A stretch of 64,000 nucleotides of DNA, taken from contig NC_135760.1 of NCBI RefSeq assembly GCF_052425735.1, positions 12,152,001 through 12,216,000 of the forward strand, in the 5' to 3' direction. Positions 46,314-64,000 of the stretch are shown here, piece by piece. The notes under the pieces are model-generated. The model worked only from the letters and a program-made list of their open reading frames with translations. It was not told where the DNA came from and made no database searches. How positions within the stretch are numbered: position 1 is the stretch's first letter; every line of letters begins with the position of its first letter. The translations under genes were made by a program, and so were the position numbers. The stretch comes from Oculina patagonica. Taxonomy: Eukaryota.

Positions 46314-48255
46314 CCATGGTAAGGATTTGCCCTATGACCCCCCCCCCACCCTCTGGAAATTCCACTTTAGCTCCATACATTGCTTTAAAGTTTTGGGTCT
46401 TTGTGACCCCCCCTCCTCCCCGGAATTTCCAATCCCTTCTGTGGGGAAGTATGGATATTTTCTGGAACCACACAATGTAATTTTGATCCACTAGGTGATA
46501 ACAAAAAGGTTATAACCTCCTGCAGCATAAATATGTCCACTATATACAGCCACACCCACGCCGTCACGATGCTTGTTCATTGGAGCCACTTCATCCCATA
46601 TGTTGGTCTCAAAGTTAAATCTCCTGACACTGTTGAACACCCTGTTGTGTATTTCGCCACCAACAATGTAGATCATTGTACTCCGTGCTTTATGCCTTGC
46701 CTGTGTCACAAACTGGATATTGTCACGTCTTTCAGGAAGCAGATGAAAGTTCTTTGCTTCGCTGATCAGCCTCATGCAAGTGTCATTGTTTTCTACCAGT
46801 TTCTCGCTTTCTATACAATCGACTGAAACAGAAATGCACTTTCATGTTAAAATGGTCAGATTTCAGTGTGGAGGAAAAGGATGTTTGGGGAGAGAATTTT
46901 TGCAACTTTATATTTCAAATTGTTCTGTCGACAAACAACATAAACTTCACTTACTCTTTTGAGGCCTTGTTTAAATAGGGTAAAATTCTTTCAACATTGA
47001 TCAAGTTTGCTGTGGCAAATATATTTTTTAACTTCAATTTTCAATATTTCAATATCGAATTTCATTTCCTCGACAATTTGGAATCACGCTATCACAAAAT
47101 TAGTGACAATTTCTTTTTTCCCAGAAAAAATAATCTTTATCGTTGTGAAAATTTTTATTAATCATAGCCAGAAGTTTAAAGCGACATGTTTCCGCCTGTA
47201 TGACCAAGATAGAAATGAATGCGAGTTTAAAAATATAGAAACTGCTAGCGTGACTTCCTTATCACCTGCTGGATGTAAGGAAATGTAAATGGTTTTAAGC
47301 CGTCACGAGAATTTCACTTTCCGAAGAAAAACAAATAACGCTGCAAATTTAATGCAGAAAAATCTTGACCTAGATATAAAATATTTAAGTTCAAGTTAAA
47401 TGGCTTTTATTCAAAATGGACATTTGCGAAACCTGAACGACAACTCTAAGTCTGACGAAACAAAACGATATATTTACTTAAAGTGGGATTTTAAAATTAA
47501 TGTGTAAACTGTTTAGTAATTTAAATAAAACATGTCTTACCTAAAATTTTCGGTGGTAATAAAGGGAGCCTAATGTCTTTAAGAAATGCTGGTAGGTGTC
47601 GCTTCCGACGAGCTTCATCGTGATAAATCCACTCAATTGCAGAATCGAAAACTTCTTTTTCACTCGCTACATCAAGGAAATCACTCTTCAACATGGTAGA
47701 TATCTGTTCGCAAGTCGCATTTAGAAATTCCTCAGACTTGATAACCTCAAGGAAATGTTTTTCAGCGTAGCACTGTGCGGCATTTTTGAGTTTAGAAAAG
47801 CCGTGATGGTCAGCAAAATCTCCTATTCCCAGACAATTTGTGGGATGTAATTGATTCTTCAAAAACCCACAACAGGATTCGATGATCGTGTTGAACTGGA
47901 GTAAATTCGACACAGACAGAAGGTTTTGTACGTTTTTCTCCGTAATTTGTATAGTTGAAGTGTAGCAAAAGTTGACAATAAGTTCCACTGCTTCGTAGTC
48001 GATTCCTTTGAGGGAAATCCTCTCTTGTACACTTTCGCACATGTCGGTGGTAAACATTGAATAAAAGTACGCACTATTCGCAGCTAAAACCACACGATGA
48101 GCCTTGATTTCTTGTTCATCCACTATCAAAACAACGTCACAAAGTTCCTTTTTCAAATACAATTTCTTGAGTGTCTCCAAAACATGGCAAGCATGAAATG
48201 AGTCCTTGTAATTGAGGACTTCCATGATGCTTTCTCCTTCCATCGCAGCCGCCAT
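43825..48255 (-). CDS. Kelch-like BTB-BACK-Kelch protein (CUL3 adaptor type), ~568 aa, 4 exons
   Basis: Exons: 48255-47541, 46822-46517, 44911-44716, 44314-43825 (1707 nt). BTB LCDVVLIV..IKAHRVVLAANSAYFYSMFT; BACK NCLGI..FA..H; kelch repeats with GG..SVE.YDP...W. Subfamily not assignable by eye. Confidence 0.93.
44946..45075. mobile_element. hAT-like MITE (relative of 11031-11193)
   Basis: cagtagccgatctagggg ... ggtctggatccaccactg. Confidence 0.6.
45119..46020. mobile_element. hAT-like element with gtcctggaaa subterminal repeats, probably containing a nested element (~45304-45910)
   Basis: cagggtttgtac ... gtatgaaacctg ends. Inner ends attgctggttttca / tgaaaaccaagaat. Confidence 0.55.
46279..46474. 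mobile_element. MITE with 26-bp TIR
   Basis: tgtgtggttccagaaaatatccatac ... gtatggatattttctggaaccacaca. Confidence 0.85.
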
Positions 48256-48705
48256 TTCCTTTGTTTATTAAATTTCCATCCCACAATGCACTTTGCGCAT
48301 AAATTTGATGCACCTGCGATTTTGCAGGGAAAACCCGAAGCGAAGCAAGCACAAAATTGATAGAGTTTAGTACACGTTTTGCCGTTCCTCGTCAAGTTTT
48401 ACGAATACTGTGGACTTCTTTATGATACTACATGCATGTACACCAAAAATTAAATTTGGTTATAAAATAACAACAAATCAGCTATGCTCTGGTGGGTGGT
48501 GGGGGCGTTGAATATAAATTATTTGACTGATTGACAAGGTCACGTGATACACAGCTGTAAAAAAAGGTTACTGGGTACTGTATTTATTGACATTTCGCAG
48601 TTTTTTTTAATCACAAAAATTAAATGCTGTGAAAAGAGAAAGGGATAAAAAGCCTGTTTCGGTGTAACTATAATACCTTAATCCATTTTGGTATGAATCA
48701 ATTAT

Positions 48706-48790
48706 TAAATTTGTGTCCTATATACACCAAATATGGTAGTGAGATTTTAACGTGGCTTCACCATTTGGTGTATATAGGACACGAATTTAT
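48706..48790. repeat. Hairpin / fold-back element upstream of the kelch gene
   Basis: aaatttgtgtcctatatacaccaaat / atttggtgtatataggacacgaattt. Confidence 0.75.
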
Positions 48791-51100
48791 AACCCAATTA
48801 TTAGAACCCAGACTCTTCAGCCAGTCTACCCACTGACAGAGGCATACAACAGCTGTCTGGTATTCTGAACAAACCTGTTAAGGGGCTCCCTAGTGGGATA
48901 AAGGGAGAAAAAAATTAGTGAGCTGAGAAAGAAGTGCAGCTTGAGGAGGGAGATCTAACATGGGAGATCTCCCCTTCAAGTATGTGCTCTACTTGCTGCC
49001 GGGCAGTTTTTTTTGTTTTCACACAACCAGGGAGCCTGTTCACAGCCTAGTTCAGAAGCTACAGGAAGATTATTGTCTCTTTATCCAACCTGGACATGAA
49101 CTGACCAGCATAAGTTTCCTACCTACTACATCACCTTACCCTTCATAAACAGTGGCATAACCTGTTGAACTCCTTGGCCTTGTGGTTTCACAAAATCATT
49201 AAAAGCTTGCATAATTGGCAATACTAACTGAGGTTGACTTGACTAGTACACTGAGGAAAGTTGACAAAACTTTGTTCAATGCACTTGGTTATCAATGATA
49301 GCAATTTATACTGAAAATCTTTCATAAAAAAGTTTTGATCCTTTTTTATTTTTAACTAGTTCCCCACCTTCCTCCGCCTATTTACCCTTCAGTATCCTTC
49401 ATTCTAACGTTCTTCTTTCTTCCTGCGTCACCTGTCTTTGTGACAATGAATTAACAATGGTAAGAACTTAGATGATCACTTTTGGGAATAATCTCCTTCC
49501 CAGCCAATTTTTTGGATGCCACACAATGCCACCCCCAATTAAGGCATTGTGTGACATCCAAAAACGGCTGAGAAGGAGATTATGCTAGGAATTGAAATAA
49601 AGCAAAATAAAATTTTTAACCAGCCACACTTCAGTACATGATATAAAACTTTATTCACTAAAAAAGTATGTTGCAATAATTACAAGACAAGTGAGAGAAG
49701 TAATTTTCTTGGTATTAAATTGTTACATTAATACTTACATGTAAGCCTGCATTATTTGTTTTAGTGCCAATTAAACTACTTTTAGTAATACATCTTACAA
49801 AAATATTGAGAGACCCCAAAACAAGTCAATTACAATCCGCAGCTCAATTGTTTTTTTTTTTACCTCTAAATACAAAATGCCTGTGAACTGGACATTAGTG
49901 TGTTACCAAAACAAAGTATCTGTTATCAAGGCATATACAGCAGGTTAATACAATAACAGCCTAAATATGACACAGATCTTATGACCTCGACATTTTACGT
50001 TAATAAAACACGAATAAAATATATTGACAGACCCCTCCTCGTCCCTTCCAAACTAATGACATGCAGTCACTTCCTTTCCACAAAGAAAGAAATAGAAATA
50101 AAGTATATAGCTATGTCTAAAACATGTTTGACCATACACATTCCATATTAACAACCTCTATGTCACAGTTTTCATTATGTTGCAAAATTTTGTTTATAAA
50201 ATTTGATTATCTTTGAATACAAAGAAATCAGACTTCTGTACCACTGAACAAAACACATCAACCTTTTCAGTCCCATGTTCAAAATATCAATTCTCCTTTC
50301 TCACTCCTGTACATTTCTTTAAATGCTAGTTCTGAAAATTTGGCATAACATTAAAAAGATTTAAATTTAAAAAGCACTACAGAAGAATCTGCACAGACTG
50401 TTTTTTTTTTTGTCACTGAAAAGAAAATTGCTTCTCAAAAACTCTAGGAAGTTACAAAAAAATATTTCCCTAATGTAAAAAAAAAATTGAACAATTGAAA
50501 ATAATAGTGTCATCAATACAATCTTATTTTTCATAGAGAAAATAAAATAAAAAACAATTTCACATTATTTACACTGTATACAAGTGAACATTCAATCAAA
50601 GTCTCTTCGAGATACCGACTTTTTTTGCATGAAGTATGAGTCGAAGGTTTATCCTGTGCATTGTTCTTCGAACTTATCATTACGGTTGCTTTGTAGTTTA
50701 GTTTAACAATTTCCTATCTTCGCGGAGGAAATAATGCAGCCATATAATTTTGTCAAAAATGGCTCGTCCGCGCCGGGTATTTATACACATATTCCTCAAC
50801 ATTACACAAATAAACAGTGCAAATTTCACCGAGATCTGACAATTCTATACTTTAAAATTGCAAGGACCTTTCGAGGCAGTCGATTACGGCAGCGAAATTA
50901 GCAAATGAAACAGCAAAATATGCGTTCGACGCTTTGTTTTTGTGACGCCATATTTGAATTGTTATAGGTAGACCGCTGTTCAATGTGTTCAAGGCCGTAT
51001 CGTTACGATTGCTCTCGAAAAAAATACGGATATTTCCGATCCGACTACTGTCGGAGAAAACATTGCGTAAACAAATCGATACACTCAAGCTGCGTTTTTT

Positions 51101-51198
51101 CTGACTCGTCCCCAGTCGTCTTCATATAGCACGCGGCAATCTCTCCCTCCGCTGTATATTTGCCGCGTGCTGTATGAAGACGACTGGGGACGAGTCAG
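51101..51198. mobile_element. 98-bp fold-back mini-element of the CTCGTCCCCAG class, 9-bp TSD gcgtttttt
   Basis: gcgtttttt|ctgactcgtccccagtcgtcttcat ... atgaagacgactggggacgagtcag|gcgtttttt. Confidence 0.88.
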
Positions 51199-52162
51199 GC
51201 GTTTTTTCGCTCCCCGCCCTCCACCCTCTTGCTTCTTCTGTTTTGTGCTGGCGTCCAGGTCTCTCGCCGTTCTCACCGAGCGCTCATCGATCGAAAAACA
51301 TGAAAAATAGAGGGCTGTGGACAGTCTATGCGAGGGTCGGATATCAAGACAGCTTCTTCGTGGGCTTAAGAAGGATTAAACAAAAGCCATATATACAGTG
51401 AATGCTATCGAATTATATTTGAAGATGAAATACGAAGGAATTTTGCTGTCTTTGACTGGAATTCCACTCGAACTGCGTAGATACGATCGCATGTTGTAAA
51501 GCCGATTCATGCAACATTGCTGTCAACGCGAGGTCACGTCCCTAACGACCTAGGCTGATGACGAAATAGAATGGGCGCTTGTAGCGACCAAATTTGGCCT
51601 AAAAAAGAAGCCTTAAAAGAAGCCCCCATCTCTTGCATTTGTTTTAACTTCAATAATATCTTTGAAAAGAGCAAGTTTTTAGGTATGGTTTATTTTTGAC
51701 GTTTGTAATTTTTAAACGATGTAAGTGCTAGTGGCTATTTATTCGTGTTTTAGTTACGCAATCCGCCTTTCAGACACACGTGCGTTGAGATAAGAAAGCT
51801 GACATGTCACTTTTAACATTGTTATATAACGTTTGTAAATGTGACAAGTCACGTTTTTTCCACGAGATCGCGTGATCACCCACAGCGGAAAGAAATCCCT
51901 TGAGAAATTAAAATATTCCCTTGAGAAATTAAAAAAGTCCCTTGAGAGTAGACAAGAATGTTCCAAATTTTGCCCCACATAACTGCTATTCTCCTATTTT
52001 CGCTTGTAAACAAGCAAAAAAAGTCGCAAAAATTGCCTCTGCTTGACTTTATCTGAGAAACAATGAACTTTCATTTCAGTCAAACCTGTTTCTGCCTCTT
52101 TAGTGCCATGACAATCAATTGAAGGCTGAATAAAATAAGAAATTGAATTAAAATGAACTGCA

Positions 52163-52444
52163 AATTGAAGGCCTCGGTGCAAAAAGGGCGGAAGTGATTT
52201 TGGGTAAAAATGAACCTTGCCAAAACAACTCCAAACTTCGCGTGCTGGTTTGTTTACATAAGTGAAACATTGTAATGAATTTTATTATTTATTTCTTGAA
52301 AACAAAGCAAAAACCCGCAAAAATAAATACAGTACAATGTTTCATATACGTAAACAAACCCACATGCGAAATGTCAAGTCATTTTGTCAATGTTCATTTT
52401 TAGCGAAAATCACTTCCGCCCTTTTTGCGCCGAGCCCTTCAATT
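52163..52444. mobile_element. MITE with ~40-bp TIR
   Basis: aattgaaggcctcggtgcaaaaagggcggaagtgatttt ... aaaatcacttccgccctttttgcgccgagcccttcaatt. Confidence 0.8.
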
Positions 52445-54218
52445 GAGGCTGGTTTTGTACAGTTCACATTTTTGGTAACGTCTAATTCTGTCAAATATAC
52501 TGAAGTCACTTTCTGATCCTACTTAGCAAAAAGCTTCTTCCAAGTCAACAAAGGTTACGTCAGGCAAAAGTCAAATTTCTTCATCAAACATTTTGTACAA
52601 TTCTCTCTATTTATTTGACAAATTTTCCGTGAGATGATTAAGTCTTCATTCTTAAGACTAACCTACATGTACCTTTAAAAAATCGCGGAGAGAAGTAACA
52701 ACTTTACTGCTGTTAGTTTATGTATTTGTTACAAAAAGGTTGCTGCTACTTAAAAGACAGAACTCATGAAACAGTCTGAGATTAACATACACATAAATGT
52801 TAACTGTATTCTAAGCCAGCTGTTTCCAGTACAGTTTGAGTGTATATCGGTATTTACACTGCATGACAACAACTACATATACCGGTAATCATATCACATA
52901 AAAACTCACTTGAAATATCACAACTGCCGTTCATAACTATTAAGTGAAGTGTTGCAGTTCAAAGTGGCTACCATAGGTATATTTCAGACAAAGAGGATGC
53001 CCTTGAACAGATAAGAACTCTGGCACTGGCTTTCTTCTGATTTGCTACAGAAAAGCTTTTTTGTAAGCAAAACAATATGGTTTCACTGACAACTGTCCAA
53101 AGATAAACATGAAAAAAAGTGTACTGCCCACACACAAAAACTATTATAGATGTCTATCTGTTCCCAAGCAGGAAGTAATGTACTTTTTAAAATGTCTCGA
53201 CACTAACGTATCAAGACAAATTTGAGTTAAATATTTAAAGTTTAGTGCAGTTTGTTTTGCTAAATTCCTCGCCTAAACCATTCCCCTCCACCACATTTCT
53301 AATTTTTGCTGTGGATTAGATCCTGTTAAATTGCCCATTTCAATGAAAACACTGAACTCTTAGGACTCTCAGGGGGTAAAGCATAAAGGCTGCTAGCATC
53401 CCTTAACATATTTAACACTTGGCTAAACTGAAATTCCAGTCAGTTTTTCTTGTAATAATTTAGTCACAACAACCTAGCTAGCCTGTGAGAAAGGAGACAC
53501 CAACCAACACTATAAGACGCCTCTTGTGAAACATACTGTATGTTGCAGCTGCAGTGGATGATAAAAAATGTGGCATTCACAGGTAACGGACAACCCTCAC
53601 TTGTAGAGAATATAAGCAAAGTCTACTTTAGTACTAAAACAGTACAAAGATCCCCATCCCAAGATTGCAGACCTACAAACATTGTATCGATAGGTTAGCC
53701 ATTACTTAATTAATGAATAAATAGAAAAAAGGAATAAGTTGCGTATCTTAATCAAAGTACTGGCTAGTGCAGTTCTAATGAATGAAACACCTCTAATAAA
53801 TTATAATTATTTAGTTAGTCTTGTTTCATTAATGCTGGGAAATATAGGTTATTATAAAATTTCCTTTATCTAAGTTAAAATGCTTATCCTATGCACCTTG
53901 TGATGTGCACTATGAACTTTAGAATTAAAATTTGAATACTTTGCTAAAAAGTACAATTATGCAAAAATAGTGTTCCTAAGGTACTTCTCTATTTGCTCTC
54001 ATTTTCTAAGGAAGACTGATCTTGCATTCTGTGGGGAGACAAAAAGAAATTAAACAAGGAATGAGGAAGTTAACTCCATTAAATACACGCTGAAAAAGAG
54101 AGCTATTTTTTTACACCAGAATGATTCAACTAAGCACCCTTTTTCCAGTAAACGCCCCCTTTGTATTAAGCACCCCCTCGAATGTGTTTTTGTCACTTAT
54201 ACGTGTAAGAGCTAATAA

Positions 54219-54450
54219 CAGGGCTCGAGACTAACTTTTTAACTCACTGGTTTATTGGCTAGTGACATGTCAGATTTTACTAGCCAAAAGTAATTTTTCA
54301 CTAGACAGATAAATTGATTTCTTTGAAGATCTGTTGACTTTTTCATGTTTTTCAATAGCCAAAGTGGCTAGTAGGAATGCTAAACCTGGTAGCCAAAACC
54401 TAAATTTTAGTAGTCTTTGGCTAGTTGGCTACCGTTAGCCTTGAGCCCTG
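54219..54450. mobile_element. hAT-like MITE, 6-bp TSD taataa
   Basis: taataa|cagggctcgagactaac ... gttagccttgagccctg|taataa, with internal tagcca/tggcta repeats. Confidence 0.75.
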
Positions 54451-54655
54451 TAATAAGCACTTCTATCATAAGTATTAATATTCTAATAAGTGAATGTTTC
54501 TTCCAAATGAAAGTGACCTCAGGGTCAGTGAATTTTAACTATTGGTTCTAAATAAAGCTATCTGAATGAGAATCTCAAAATCTTTAGTGGCAGTACAAAC
54601 AAATAAAGTGTACGTCAGTTGACACACGTATAAGGGGAGGCCACCTAGTTACTAC

Positions 54656-55077
54656 TAGGGGTGACTATTAGGTCATTTGGCCTATTGCAATAGTATTGCG
54701 ATAGTCGAATTACTATCGCAATGCTATTGTGATAGTAGTGATACTATTGCGATGCTATTGTGATAGTATTGTATTTAGTGACTTTATAGCGTTGTAATCA
54801 TTTCTTTCTCCGTGAAGTTTGCTTTTATGGCTTGTTATACAGTACGGATTCTGAAACAATGAACAGAAAGCCGAGAAACGACGGCAGAGAACAAGAGAGG
54901 CATTTTTCAATCAAGGAAAAAGTACTACAGGACACCATTTGAAAAACTATCGTAACTATCGATAGTTAATGAAACTATCGCGATTGTTATCGATAGTTGA
55001 ATTTGCAATCGATGCATCGCTATAAAAGCACTCCCAATCGCGATGCATCGATAGTTCGATGTATCGTTACACCCCTA
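54656..55077. mobile_element. hAT-type MITE, 8-bp TSD gttactac, 54 bp downstream of the Src-A stop
   Basis: gttactac|taggggtg ... caccccta|gttactac, with numerous ctatcg/cgatag subterminal motifs. Confidence 0.85.
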
Positions 55078-55131
55078 GTTACTACTGCCTTTCATTAGAC
55101 AAGTACAAACAAATCACAACTCACCAAGAGA

Positions 55132-59813
<4,682 letters not shown>

Positions 59814-60175
59814 GGTTGCTCCAAAAATTGGAAAACGCAAGCTGAGTTTTCCCCGTTTCGAAAACTAGTGAATGTAAGAGCTAAACAGATAAGTCTAGGC
59901 AGAAAAGCTGGAATAACTACTCAAGCAATGTTGATCTCGAGGGAGGAAACCGAAGGTGATTAATGCGCAAGGCTGGGAGGGGAACTAGTCACCAGGATGC
60001 GTTCAACCAGAATAAAAAGTGAAGGCCTGGGTAGAAATAAGAGTGGGAGTGCGCAATCCCGGAACTGTGTACCAAGAACACCTTGGGCTAAAGTTTGATC
60101 AAGCATTCGATCATTCAGCGTACAGGGTGTAAAATATACGCCGTTTTAGGTGCCTGACTTGGTTCCATCTTACCC
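59814..60175. promoter_or_regulatory. Shared divergent promoter region of the two Src-related kinases (362 bp between ATGs)
   Basis: ATG at 59813 (-) and ATG at 60176 (+). Confidence 0.65.
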
Positions 60176-63758
<3,583 letters not shown>

Positions 63759-64000
63759 TAACATTATTCTACAGCTTGTCTTTTGTGAGACTTACTACCC
63801 TAGACTGAGTCCCCTTTAGACTTTTGTCTGCTGAAGTTAAAGCTTAAGTCTGCCAAGAAAAAAATGCCCAGGGATTACTAGGCTCTATTTCCAGCTGCTT
63901 TTTTGGGAAAATGAGACTGCAGTCATCCCCCGAAAGCAGTCTCTTTAAGGGAGAAACAAAGACCGGAACCAAGAAGGCGGCGGAAATCAAGCATAAGGGA

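Noticed and set aside
59814-59840. N-terminal extension MRFPIFGAT in the ORF track for Src-A
   Set aside because: It comes from a non-ATG start. The ATG at 59813 gives the myristoylation-competent MGCCCGK.

Overview
AT-rich, intron-containing animal genomic DNA. It is probably an anthozoan cnidarian such as a stony coral; this is inferred from the repeat families and gene style, not demonstrated. I reconstructed spliced models by hand from GT-AG boundaries and reading-frame continuity. In order: the last exon of a type-I membrane protein (+); a 2-exon LRAT/NC-domain protein with plant-type signature motifs (+); a 20-exon NRBP pseudokinase (-); a syntaxin-7/12-like SNARE (+); PPP1R8/NIPP1 (-); NSMCE1 (+); a BTB-BACK-Kelch protein (-); and two Src-related kinases head-to-head (- and +, the second running off the window). 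There are three tight divergent gene pairs. Strongest findings: (1) an H/ACA scaRNA-like RNA in PPP1R8 intron 2, whose two pockets pair with U2 snRNA around U37 and U89. It is an apparent SCARNA1 orthologue in the same host gene as in human, with a second guide pocket. (2) A three-level nest of four related 9-bp-TSD non-autonomous transposons with structure-conserved terminal hairpins, creating a 1.3-kb quasi-palindrome. (3) A 183-bp palindrome with hammerhead-like cores and a 16-bp target duplication. (4) STX7/12-PPP1R8-Src linkage resembling human 1p35. (5) An NRBP stop codon that is only created by splicing. Most ORFs in the supplied track are intronic, antisense or repeat-derived. No searches were run: all family assignments rest on recognised motifs.
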